64,000 bases of DNA, taken from a bacterium (GTDB lineage Bacteria; Patescibacteriota; Dojkabacteria; SC72). The stretch covers positions 11,538 to 75,537 of the forward strand of contig JALHDC010000003.1 of the NCBI GenBank assembly GCA_022840695.1. The letters run 5' to 3'. Numbering within the stretch: the first letter of the stretch is position 1; each line of letters starts with the position of its first letter. Positions 40,300 through 49,782 of the stretch are shown piece by piece. A program made the position numbers and the translations under genes. The notes under the pieces are model-generated. The model was given only the letters and a program-made list of their open reading frames with translations, was not told the DNA's origin and did no database searches.

Positions 40300-42723
40300 T
40301 TATTTACCCATATTTACCAATTCTTTTACTGCTTTTTGCAACATCTGAGAGTACAAACCGTAACCTACTGAATTGATGGTTCCAGACTGATTTTTACCCA
40401 ATATATCTCCTGCTCCCCTAATCTCCAAATCTTTATTAGAGAGTAAGAAACCTGAACCTAGTTCCTGAGAATCCTTTATAGCTTCCAACCTTAAGATAGC
40501 ATCACCTTTCAAATTATCAAAGTAAAAATATGCATATGCTTGTACATTAGATCTCCCAATCCTACCCCTAATCTGATACATCTGAGAAAGTCCCAACATA
40601 GTTGCATCATCTATGATTAATGTATTTACAGTAGGGATATCTAAGCCATTTTCTATAATTGTAGTACATACCAATATATCAATATTTCCCTTAACAAACT
40701 CACTCATACTATCTGAAAGTTTTTGTACACTCATCTGCCCATGAGCTATAGCAATACTGCTATGTGGAAACATTTTGACCAATTTCTCATATACTGCCCC
40801 TATTGTATTAACCCTATTATGCAAAAAATACACCTGGCCACCTCTTTTTAATTCATTGGATATAGCTTCTTGTATACTATCCCAACTAAATTTCTCAAAG
40901 TAATTGACTATCTCTTTTCTCCCAGAAGGAGGGGTTGCAAGTACTGAAATATCTCGAATACCTGAAAGAGCCATATTTAATGTTCTAGGTATTGGTGTAG
41001 CTGTCAATGAAAGAACATTTGTATCAACTCTCTTCTCTTTTATCTGCTCCTTCTGCTTAACTCCAAATTTCTGCTCCTCATCTATGACTAAAAGTCCAAG
41101 GTTTTTAAACGAAATATCCTTAGAAAGAAGTGCATGTGTACCAATTACAATATCCACTGTCCCCCTTTTTAATCCTTCCTTAACATCTTCCTTTTCTCTC
41201 GATAATGAAAATCTAGAAAGGGAAACGATGTTGTAAGGATAGTTTTTAAACCTTTCTTTAAATACAGATAGATGCTGTTCTATAAGGACAGTAGTTGGAG
41301 CGAGTATTGCCACCTGATACCCTGCATTAACAGCTGTAAACACCGCTCTGGTAGCTATTTCTGTTTTACCATAGCCAACATCCCCCACTAATAACCTGTC
41401 CATTGGCTTGCTATTTTGGAAGTCAGAAATTATATGATTTGTAGCTAAGATTTGATCATCTGTATCTTGAAATTCAAACTGTTTAACAAATATATTCAAT
41501 TCTTCTAAACTATCCTCTGTTGGAAGAAGTATTTCTGCCTTTGAGGTTTCTCTAAGAGCATACAATTGCAAAAGTTCTTTCGCTATATCTTCGGCCCTTT
41601 CTTGAGCCTTCTTTGAAATTCTTTTCCATATACCACTATTTAAACCTGTAAGAATGGGCCTTCTCTTTCCTGCCCCTATATATTTAGTTAATTTCTCAGA
41701 GGCTGTAAGTGGTACAAAAAGCCTATCTTTTCCAGCATATGCTATCTCAATATATGCCCCATGCTCCCTCTTCACTACATTAACAAACTGACCAATACCA
41801 TGATCCTGATGAACTACATAATCTCCAGGAATTATCTTCTTCAATATCTCAACAGAACCAGGATCTATTTCAATATTTCTTTTTTCATACAGAGAAAGAT
41901 CTAATTGTCCTAACATTTCTAAATCCGTTAAAAGCAATATCTTTCCCACAGAGGAGACAAAACCCCTTTTAATTTGCTTTTCTAACTGATCTTTTGCTTT
42001 AAATATTCTTCCAATGCTAATTTTTAAATCTTTCTCTAATTCTGTATCAAACTTTTCAATATTATTTGTTAAATACCAAACCTCATATCCTCTACTAACA
42101 TAGTTCTTTACAATTTCTAACAAAGCTTTTCTAGAAGTGAAAGACTCTATGTCTGGTATCCCTCTTATACCCAAATCTACTGCCCCCTGTGTATCTCCAA
42201 TATTCTTAACCATTACAATATTTGTACTTTTTAAGGAATCTTCGTTACCAACCAATAACTTACTGTTTTTTCCTAATATCACTCTCTCTGTAATATCCTT
42301 AACTGCTTTTCTACTCTCCACCTCAACTACGGATATTTTCTCTATGCTTTCTCCAAATAAGCTTAGTCTAATGATTCTATTCATGCTAAATGGCCAGACT
42401 ACAATAACATCACCTAAAATTGATATTTCACCTTCATTCCAAACTCTCTCTACTCTTTCGTAACCTATACTTAAGAAAGAATTAATATCAAAATTCTCAC
42501 CTACCCTAATAGTTAAGGTCTCTGAACTACTTTCCTTAGTTTCATCCTCCATAGAGAGCCATACACTGCTTCCTAGGAGCTTTCCTAAAAGCTCTGCAGT
42601 TAATTCATACTGATCTATATCTACTCCTGTCACTCGAAGAGTATCTGATATTCCCCCTTTGAGTATCTGATATTTCTCAACTAATGATTCTGTTAAATTT
42701 TTTGTTATATCTTCCTTTTTCAC
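40300..42723 (-). CDS. mfd: Transcription-repair coupling factor, shortened form
   Basis: CarD/RID (GDYVVHQDHGIG), GDVGYGKTE, DEEQKFGV, TATPIPRT, QIRGRIGRS, TRG (DLEIRGAG). Confidence 0.9.
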   Translation of the reverse strand: MKKEDITKNLTESLVEKYQILKGGISDTLRVTGVDIDQYELTAELLGKLLGSSVWLSMEDETKESSSETLTIRVGENFDINSFLSIGYERVERVWNEGEISILGDVIVVWPFSMNRIIRLSLFGESIEKISVVEVESRKAVKDITERVILGKNSKLLVGNEDSLKSTNIVMVKNIGDTQGAVDLGIRGIPDIESFTSRKALLEIVKNYVSRGYEVWYLTNNIEKFDTELEKDLKISIGRIFKAKDQLEKQIKRGFVSSVGKILLLTDLEMLGQLDLSLYEKRNIEIDPGSVEILKKIIPGDYVVHQDHGIGQFVNVVKREHGAYIEIAYAGKDRLFVPLTASEKLTKYIGAGKRRPILTGLNSGIWKRISKKAQERAEDIAKELLQLYALRETSKAEILLPTEDSLEELNIFVKQFEFQDTDDQILATNHIISDFQNSKPMDRLLVGDVGYGKTEIATRAVFTAVNAGYQVAILAPTTVLIEQHLSVFKERFKNYPYNIVSLSRFSLSREKEDVKEGLKRGTVDIVIGTHALLSKDISFKNLGLLVIDEEQKFGVKQKEQIKEKRVDTNVLSLTATPIPRTLNMALSGIRDISVLATPPSGRKEIVNYFEKFSWDSIQEAISNELKRGGQVYFLHNRVNTIGAVYEKLVKMFPHSSIAIAHGQMSVQKLSDSMSEFVKGNIDILVCTTIIENGLDIPTVNTLIIDDATMLGLSQMYQIRGRIGRSNVQAYAYFYFDNLKGDAILRLEAIKDSQELGSGFLLSNKDLEIRGAGDILGKNQSGTINSVGYGLYSQMLQKAVKELVNMGK

Positions 42724-42781
42724 ACCGCTATTTTATCAACTACTCAGGAATATGTATAATGGAGAGATAATTTGAGAATAT

Positions 42782-44014
42782 TTGATTATGTATATAGCTC
42801 ACGCACCAATATCATATTTGTCCAACGAAATAGTACAGGCAAAAAACCTAAAAAAATTAAAGACAGAACAACAGATATTAGTAGCAATATTTTCCTTAAT
42901 ACTTGGAATACTCCCTGATTTTGATCTTTTCCTTAGTAATATACCAGGATTTATGCATCACACTTTTGTTACACATACTCCCTTCTTCTATATACTGATA
43001 TGGATTGTCTTGAAAATTCTCATTAATCCGATTTCCAGAATACTAAATAAAAGAGTGTCAAACTTTCTAGATAAAAATTTGTTAAATATATTAGTAAATA
43101 CATTCTTAATCGGGACAATATCACATATACTAGCAGACACATTTGTTAGCAGTATTATGCTTCTATATCCTCTTTTTCATATAAAAATACACATATTTAG
43201 GTACATATTCGAACCAAACCTCTTCTCTGGATACTTCCTTAGCACCCTGTTCGCTATTGAAATGGTATTTATTTCACTGTTTCTATATTTGATTTACAAA
43301 AACTTTTTTAAAAAGCAAAAAATCGCAGAAAATTTTTCAAAAGTATTAATAATTCTTTCTGGGATATATCTTCTTTTCTCAACATTCTTCTCACTTTCAA
43401 CCTACAATCGTAGCTATATGTATGACAACGAAGGAAATATTAGCTATGACACTGATTACGATACTCTGAAGGACCAAGATGATATGAACATTGGAAATAC
43501 AAAGGAAAGCAATATTTTAAAAGCAAATAACGAAGATATCTTAGACAGTACCTTGGATATCGTTAATTCAAAGAAATGGAGCAGTTATCACAAAAATTCC
43601 CTCATTGAGAAGATAAAGATGGTGTATGGAGGATTTGATTCATACAGTATCGTTTCTCAAGCATATTACAATTTACACTTACCAGTTGAACCTGTATTAA
43701 AGGATTTTGCTATAAAAGAAAATGGATTTGAATCATATACCAAAGTATATCCATATGAACAATTACTACTGGAATACCTGCAAAAAGAAGATCTTCTTGT
43801 AGAGCTTAATTTAGATTCTGACCCTACTCTCCCACATTCCAAAATATTCTTCTTAATTAATTCAAATAATGAAATTATTAACCTAGGGATTACCTTAGAA
43901 GGGAACTATATAGCTACTGTTTTTGAAAATGACACATACTTACAAATGCATTCTTACAAAGAGGTAAGGACAGAATATTTAGAAAGTATTGAAAAAATAT
44001 ATATACAGAAGTAG
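42782..44014 (+). CDS. YdjM-like membrane metal-dependent hydrolase fused to a soluble C-terminal domain
   Basis: H...LPDFD...HHTFVTH...SHILAD motif set with TM helices. Confidence 0.65.
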   Translation: MIMYIAHAPISYLSNEIVQAKNLKKLKTEQQILVAIFSLILGILPDFDLFLSNIPGFMHHTFVTHTPFFYILIWIVLKILINPISRILNKRVSNFLDKNLLNILVNTFLIGTISHILADTFVSSIMLLYPLFHIKIHIFRYIFEPNLFSGYFLSTLFAIEMVFISLFLYLIYKNFFKKQKIAENFSKVLIILSGIYLLFSTFFSLSTYNRSYMYDNEGNISYDTDYDTLKDQDDMNIGNTKESNILKANNEDILDSTLDIVNSKKWSSYHKNSLIEKIKMVYGGFDSYSIVSQAYYNLHLPVEPVLKDFAIKENGFESYTKVYPYEQLLLEYLQKEDLLVELNLDSDPTLPHSKIFFLINSNNEIINLGITLEGNYIATVFENDTYLQMHSYKEVRTEYLESIEKIYIQK

Positions 44015-44578
44015 CTAAAGGAGAATATCCGCTAGTATCCCCTGTATGGAGGTCTGTATAACCTCATCTATTATCACTCTCTCATCTTTAGAAAATTTCA
44101 TAAGGACATAATCTTCTCCAGGAATATTCTTATCCTCCCTTGCTTCAACCCCTATCCTAACTCTCTTAAACTGAGTTGTCCCAACCCTATCCTCTACATT
44201 CTTAACCCCATTATGACCCTGTGGCGACTTTCCTAGCTGTATTTTGAACTTACCTAAAGATATATCCAAATCATCATGTATCAAAACAAAGTTATCATCT
44301 AAATCCTCTATCTCAAATTTTTTTAATATCTTTGCAACAGCTTCTCCAGACTTATTCATATATGTAAGCGGTTTTTGGAATATTGCAACTATCTTTGATC
44401 CTTCTTTAAGAAAGCATAATTCAGAATTAAACATATCATCCTCTTCCCACTCTGTAATGTTTAAATCTTTCTGATATAGAAATTTCTCTCTGAGAGCATC
44501 TAAAAATAAAAATCCAACATTATGTCTTGTTTCTAAATATTTTTTTTCGGGATTTCCCAATCCTGTTATTAATTTCAT
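44015..44578 (-). CDS. pth: Peptidyl-tRNA hydrolase
   Basis: GLGNP, TRHNVG, KPLTYMNKSG, HDDLD, GHNGV. Confidence 0.97.
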   Translation of the reverse strand: MKLITGLGNPEKKYLETRHNVGFLFLDALREKFLYQKDLNITEWEEDDMFNSELCFLKEGSKIVAIFQKPLTYMNKSGEAVAKILKKFEIEDLDDNFVLIHDDLDISLGKFKIQLGKSPQGHNGVKNVEDRVGTTQFKRVRIGVEAREDKNIPGEDYVLMKFSKDERVIIDEVIQTSIQGILADILL

Positions 44579-44996
44579 ACTGTATATTGTCCAATATATT
44601 CTCCTGTTTTACAAATATTTCTTCCGTTTGCTTTATTCCATCCTTAAAATGCCCCTTATGCTCATATCCTGAAAGATGTAACAAACCATGAACTATATTT
44701 CTTAAAATCTCTTCTTCCTTATATTTCTTTGAAATATATTCTGGACATATATATATTTCTCCCAAAAGAGGTTTCTGCTCTATTGTAAAAGTTAATACAT
44801 CTGTTGGCTCATTCTTTTTTCTAAACTCAGAATTCAACTTTGTAATCTCATTGATACCCACAAATATGATATTTACATCTACAATATCAGAATTTTTGAA
44901 ATTTGAAAGAATCAGCTCCTTAAGTAACGACTTACTGAATGATATATCAGGAAAATATTTTTTTAATTCACTCCAGTTACTGAAATTTAGCCTCAT
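44520..44996 (-). CDS. ybeY: rRNA maturation RNase YbeY
   Basis: PTDVLTF, LGEIYI, HGLLHLSGYEH. Confidence 0.93.
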   Translation of the reverse strand: MRLNFSNWSELKKYFPDISFSKSLLKELILSNFKNSDIVDVNIIFVGINEITKLNSEFRKKNEPTDVLTFTIEQKPLLGEIYICPEYISKKYKEEEILRNIVHGLLHLSGYEHKGHFKDGIKQTEEIFVKQENILDNIQYEINNRIGKSRKKIFRNKT

Positions 44997-44997
44997 A

Positions 44998-45441
44998 CTA
45001 GCTAAGAAGCTCTTGAACTATATTTTTGACAGTATTTCCATCTGTTTTACCATCTAATTCCTTCATAACAACTCCCATAACCTTGCCCATATCTTTCATA
45101 TCTTTTGCTCCCAATTCATCTATCTTTTTCTCAACCACCTTTCTAACTTCATCTTCACCCATCAATTCCGGCAAGTATGATTCTAATACTTCTAATTGGG
45201 ATTTCTCTTTAGAAAGGAGATCTTCTCTTCCCATTTTCTCAAATTGCTCTATGGAATCTTTAACCTTCTTAACCTCTTTTCTTAATATTTTTTCAATATC
45301 TGTATCTGAAAGCTCTTTCTCAACCTCAATTTGAGCATTCTTGATTGATGCCAAAGCCATTTTTAATATATCAGATTTATTAACATCACCATCCTTCGAT
45401 GCCTGAAACATATCCTTTCGTAATGTATCTACTAGAGACAT
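44998..45441 (-). CDS. yqeY: GatB/YqeY domain protein
   Basis: MSL...KDM..A.K, YLPE, DMGKVMG; true start ATG 45441; follows rpsU. Confidence 0.9.
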   Translation of the reverse strand: MSLVDTLRKDMFQASKDGDVNKSDILKMALASIKNAQIEVEKELSDTDIEKILRKEVKKVKDSIEQFEKMGREDLLSKEKSQLEVLESYLPELMGEDEVRKVVEKKIDELGAKDMKDMGKVMGVVMKELDGKTDGNTVKNIVQELLS

Positions 45442-45458
45442 TGGGAAATTATTACAAT

Positions 45459-45659
45459 TTATTTTGCTCTTCTTGAAGCAGCTCTTCTTCTTCTCTTCAT
45501 CTTTGCCCACTCTCTTCTCTTCTGTATCTTTTCATCTGCTTCCTTGCTTCTATACTGCTTCTCTCTGTAGGTTTCTAAGATTTTCTCCCTTAGAACCTCT
45601 CTATGAAGTCTCTTGAGTGCACTATCTATATTTTCGTTCGAATGTACTATGACTGACAT
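45459..45659 (-). CDS. rpsU: 30S ribosomal protein S21
   Basis: ENIDSALKR...ILE..RE; basic tail; upstream of yqeY. Confidence 0.88.
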   Translation of the reverse strand: MSVIVHSNENIDSALKRLHREVLREKILETYREKQYRSKEADEKIQKRREWAKMKRRRRAASRRAK

Positions 45660-45691
45660 AACTTTTCCTTAAATTAATATATAGCTTGGTG

Positions 45692-45720
45692 ATTATATCA
45701 TCTCCCCCTAGGAGGTTCAA
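45692..45720 (-). promoter_or_regulatory. Sigma70 promoter for rpsU
   Basis: TTGAAC-17 nt-TATAAT with TG extension. Confidence 0.7.
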
Positions 45721-45739
45721 CTCAATACCTCCACTCACA

Positions 45740-45823
45740 AGGTCTTACCTAGGTCTGACCCTTTTAGATAGAGAAAAGACCTTTGTTAAGGGGTAAGAAT
45801 GAGGTCTTACCTAGGTCTGACCT
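45740..45823. repeat. Two copies of REP-like doublet AGGTCTTACCTAGGTCTGACC (45740-45760, 45802-45823)
   Basis: Exact 21-mer repeated; the same motif occurs at 63016. Confidence 0.85.
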
Positions 45824-47289
45824 TAGAATCTAATTTTTTTCTCAAAAGTCTTTTTCCTTTTTTCGGATTTCTGAATGTCTTGCTCTTTCTTCTTCTTTTT
45901 CATATTTAATTTCATCTCTCGGTCTTTTTTTACAAACCAACTTCTGGTATTACTGAATAATTTTGGAATCATGAATATCCTCTGCCCTATCCATGTCCAT
46001 GTAAATCCTAGGAAAAGAAGTACAGCACCAACAGCTAATGAAGATTCAGTTTCGTCAAATATACCAGTTTCGGGCAAATCCTCTTCTGGAGGTAAAGGTG
46101 GTTCTGGTTGTGTAATTTCACAGTCAGCTGTGATTCTTGCAGATGCAGTTATCGGTTCACCTTCTTTAGGATATGCAGTTGCTACATTATTATATTCACC
46201 GAAGTTTTCTTTTGCGACAGCCATTGTATATGTGAATGTTTTTGTCTGACCAGCAGCAAAAATTTCTTCATTTCCCTGCAAATCCCACACTATCGTTCCA
46301 CTAGAGAATATTCCTCCGGAGGAAATTCCAGACAGATATGATTCTAACACCTTGGAATCTGGATCATCGACAACTTTATCCAAGCTTCCTGTACCTTTTC
46401 CTGTATTTGAAACAGATATTACATAGGATATTTCTGCCCTAGGATTCTCAGTATTTTCATCTACACACTTCTCCACAGCCTGTTTTGAAATACTCCAATT
46501 GGGATTTAGTACTTCTGCTAATACCTCGAAGGAGGTTGTTAAAGTACAACTATTTCCTCCTACTCCTTTTTTGTCTTTCCAACTTGTGGAAATGGTATAG
46601 GAGCCTGCAGGAAGACAATTTGTGGAAGTACTTAAAGTCTCAGAAACCTTTGTTTGCTTTGCTTCTTCTGTTTTAGAAAAACTGCCCCTTGCTATATCAT
46701 TCATCTTTACAACTATGCTGGATTCATCAATGCCATCTGAATCCTTTGCCAAGAAAGAATATTTAACCTCATCACAGTATTCATATGTACCTGTAGGCTT
46801 ATTCTCCCACTCTCCTCCATCGCATTTATTTTGAGGTAACTGTTTACAATATCTTTTTACAACAAACTTATTTAAACAATTCGTGCAAGCACCACTACAA
46901 GATGTTTTCGCTTTACAACCGGATGCTTTAGCTCCAGAATCACCCGATACTCCACAATTTGTCCAACCAGAAGGACATGCAGGAGGATTACATTTTGTTG
47001 CAGTACCACAAGCTTGACCACATGTGAAATTATTGGGAGTTCTACAACCACATGTCCTCCATGCAGGATTCGTATCACTACTACATCCACAATATGCCAC
47101 AGACGGCCATTCGCAGGCAGGACATTGTTTACCTTCAACACAGGTTACTGCATCACTATATTCTGGCGAAAGTTGCTCCTCTTGATTCACTCTCCAAAGA
47201 AGATATATTCCAGAACCTGCTAGTATAACGGCAAAAACAATCATAAAAATGATATTTCTTTTCCTTTTGTTAGGCAGTACTACTTTCAT
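45823..47289 (-). CDS. Cys-rich surface protein with DUF11-like Ig domain and LPETG sorting-like motif
   Basis: N-terminal TM, 18-Cys region, ISYVISVSNTG...IVW...F..G..KTFTY...YNNVATA, then LPETG, TM and basic tail. Confidence 0.7.
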   Translation of the reverse strand: MKVVLPNKRKRNIIFMIVFAVILAGSGIYLLWRVNQEEQLSPEYSDAVTCVEGKQCPACEWPSVAYCGCSSDTNPAWRTCGCRTPNNFTCGQACGTATKCNPPACPSGWTNCGVSGDSGAKASGCKAKTSCSGACTNCLNKFVVKRYCKQLPQNKCDGGEWENKPTGTYEYCDEVKYSFLAKDSDGIDESSIVVKMNDIARGSFSKTEEAKQTKVSETLSTSTNCLPAGSYTISTSWKDKKGVGGNSCTLTTSFEVLAEVLNPNWSISKQAVEKCVDENTENPRAEISYVISVSNTGKGTGSLDKVVDDPDSKVLESYLSGISSGGIFSSGTIVWDLQGNEEIFAAGQTKTFTYTMAVAKENFGEYNNVATAYPKEGEPITASARITADCEITQPEPPLPPEEDLPETGIFDETESSLAVGAVLLFLGFTWTWIGQRIFMIPKLFSNTRSWFVKKDREMKLNMKKKKKEQDIQKSEKRKKTFEKKIRF

Positions 47290-48419
47290 TATCCAAACAT
47301 ATTTCTCATATTATCTATATTCACAACATCCTTAATCATTATTAGAACAATGAGGATTATTAGAAAAATCATACTTGTATTAATTATTATTGCCTCTATT
47401 TTTTCATTTAAATCCTTTCTTAATATACTTTCTATCACTAATATGAAAACTCTTCCACCATCCAAAGCTGGTATGGGAAGAAGATTCATTATTGCCAAAG
47501 AAATTGAGAGATCTGCTATTAAAGAGAGAAATACTGCTATACCTCTATTTTTTAAGCTATCTATTAGGAGAAATATCCCTATAGGACCTGAAACAGTATT
47601 GGAAAGATCAGAATAGTCCCCTGTTTCTCTTGCTGTACCTATCATCGAACCTAATATCTTGAAGATGATTTTTAAATTATTTACTAAATATATTACTCCT
47701 GAAGATGCTTTGATATTTTCGTAATTTAGAATTGATCCCTCTAAAACATACACCCCTATCTTTCCATCATTAACTTTAACATCATAGCTCCCACACTCAC
47801 TTCCGCTATCATTACAAACAAATATATCTACTTCTTCCTTTTCCTTAATGATTTCAACTAATTCATCTCGGCTATCTATTTTTTCATCATCTACTTCATA
47901 AATGACACCAAAGCTTGGTAATCCAGCTCTTTCAGAATTCTCTCCAGGGATAACTTCATAACCAACAATATTTTCAACTTCTGCACCAACAATATTAATT
48001 CCCTTTAAATCAACATATATCGAAGATGTTTTCCAATTACTCAATCCTAGAATCACATAGTAGGATATTATGGCAAAGAGAATATTCATCACCACTCCTG
48101 CCAACATGACAAAAATCTGTGATAACTTAGATTTATTCTTTAGATTTTCATCACTATTCTTGATATCTCCATCTTTTTCATACTCCCCAGGATCCCCATC
48201 ACCCAAAATCTTTACATAACCACCAAGTGGGATAATTCTAATACTGTAAACAGTTCCCTTATATTTTTTTGATATTAATTTTGGACCAAAACCTAATGAG
48301 AATTCGTAAACTTTTGCTTTTACAGACTTTGCAGCTAGAAAATGACCTAGCTCATGAATGAAGGTAAGAAAACCTATTACAAAAATAAAGAGAAGTATGT
48401 TTGTTAGAATAGATAACAT
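47289..48419 (-). CDS. rseP: RseP-like M50 intramembrane metalloprotease
   Basis: HELGH, FSLGFGP, PLGGYV, GPIG, NLLPIPALDGG. Confidence 0.92.
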   Translation of the reverse strand: MLSILTNILLFIFVIGFLTFIHELGHFLAAKSVKAKVYEFSLGFGPKLISKKYKGTVYSIRIIPLGGYVKILGDGDPGEYEKDGDIKNSDENLKNKSKLSQIFVMLAGVVMNILFAIISYYVILGLSNWKTSSIYVDLKGINIVGAEVENIVGYEVIPGENSERAGLPSFGVIYEVDDEKIDSRDELVEIIKEKEEVDIFVCNDSGSECGSYDVKVNDGKIGVYVLEGSILNYENIKASSGVIYLVNNLKIIFKILGSMIGTARETGDYSDLSNTVSGPIGIFLLIDSLKNRGIAVFLSLIADLSISLAIMNLLPIPALDGGRVFILVIESILRKDLNEKIEAIIINTSMIFLIILIVLIMIKDVVNIDNMRNMFG

Positions 48420-48435
48420 GAGTTGGAAATATAAA

Positions 48436-48981
48436 TTAAATAGTTAATAAATCCTTCTCCTTATCACCCTTTATCTCCTCTATCTTTTCATTTGATAATT
48501 TAACCTCTTTCTCTATCTCATCCCTTAATCTATCAGCTTCATCTTCAGAAAAGCCATCCTTCTGAGCCTCATCTATCTCCTTCATATATTTCTGTCTAAC
48601 CTGTCTCACAGCTATTCGACCATCCTCTATTCTCTCTTTCATTATCTTTACATACTCCATTCTCCTTTCCTCTGTAAGGTCAGGAAGTTTAACTAATACT
48701 CTATCCCCCTCTGTCATTGGGGAAAGTCCTAAATTCGCACTACTTATACCCTTAGAAATATTTTCTAATATACTCTTATCCCAAGGCTGAATATTTATAG
48801 TTTTAGCATCTACTGCACTTATCGTAGCAAGATTTTTAAGAGGAGAAGTGGTTTCGTAAGCATTTATCATTACTTCTTCTACTAATTCTGGAGTAGCTCT
48901 GCCTGTTCTTATCTGGGAAAGATCTTCCTTGACATGCTCAATACACTTGGCTATGTCTTTTTTAAATAATTCAATATCCAT
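48436..48981 (-). CDS. frr: Ribosome recycling factor
   Basis: IRTGRATP, IQPWD, LTEERR. Confidence 0.97.
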   Translation of the reverse strand: MDIELFKKDIAKCIEHVKEDLSQIRTGRATPELVEEVMINAYETTSPLKNLATISAVDAKTINIQPWDKSILENISKGISSANLGLSPMTEGDRVLVKLPDLTEERRMEYVKIMKERIEDGRIAVRQVRQKYMKEIDEAQKDGFSEDEADRLRDEIEKEVKLSNEKIEEIKGDKEKDLLTI

Positions 48982-49058
48982 ACCAAAATATTAATATTTT
49001 ATTAGGATAATTGTATATTAAAAAGGAAGAAAGATAAAGAAGAAAGATTTATAAGGAA

Positions 49059-49766
49059 TTACAAATTCCAAACAACAAATCTAGATATCTCTATAGGCTC
49101 ACCTAACTTCTGTACAGCATCATCTAAAAGATTTCCCATAGTCTTAGAATCATCCTTAAACCACTTCTGACTCAACAAACATTTCTCTTCAAAGAATTTA
49201 TTCAACTTCCCCTCTACAATCTTTTCTACAATATTATCTGGTTTTCCCTCACTTTTTGCCTCTTTCTCGTATAATTCTTTTAATTTGTTTAATTCTTCTT
49301 CTTTTATAGAATCTTTTGAGACATACTCGGGCTTCATTGCTGCCACCTGAAGTACTATCTCATGAGCAAATTTTCTAAAATCTTCATTTCTGGCCACAAA
49401 ATCCGTCTTACACTGAACCTCAACCAACGCAGCTAACTTCTGCTCTTTTCCATGCACATATGCCTCTATAACACCTTCTTTCTTCTCATCTAAATCCTCC
49501 CCTATAGGCTCATCCCATCCTCGCTCTTTAATCAACTCTACTGTCTTTTCGAAATCCTTACCTGCTTCTTCGAATGCTAATTTACATAAACCTATCTTAG
49601 CTCCTGTTAAATTTCTCAACCTACTAATGACATCACTTCTTTTATTGATATATTCCACAGCCTTATTCATATCTCCATCAGACTTAACTAAAGCCTCTTT
49701 ACATAAAGCCATTCCTGCAGATGTTTTAGCTCTCAAAGTTTTAATATCTTCTACCGTTATTCCCAT
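49059..49766 (-). CDS. tsf: Elongation factor Ts (short form, duplicated N-domain)
   Basis: IKTLRAKTSAGMALCKEAL, EGVIEAYVH, CKTDFVAR, KIVEGKL; start ATG 49766. Confidence 0.93.
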   Translation of the reverse strand: MGITVEDIKTLRAKTSAGMALCKEALVKSDGDMNKAVEYINKRSDVISRLRNLTGAKIGLCKLAFEEAGKDFEKTVELIKERGWDEPIGEDLDEKKEGVIEAYVHGKEQKLAALVEVQCKTDFVARNEDFRKFAHEIVLQVAAMKPEYVSKDSIKEEELNKLKELYEKEAKSEGKPDNIVEKIVEGKLNKFFEEKCLLSQKWFKDDSKTMGNLLDDAVQKLGEPIEISRFVVWNL

Positions 49767-49782
49767 TCTATTAATATTAAAA

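Noticed and set aside
45740-45823. Repeat-spacer-repeat as a mini CRISPR array
   Set aside because: There are only two 21-bp copies and no cas genes, and the motif is dispersed and RAYT-associated. In the 59.5-kb pair the intervening sequence is itself duplicated.
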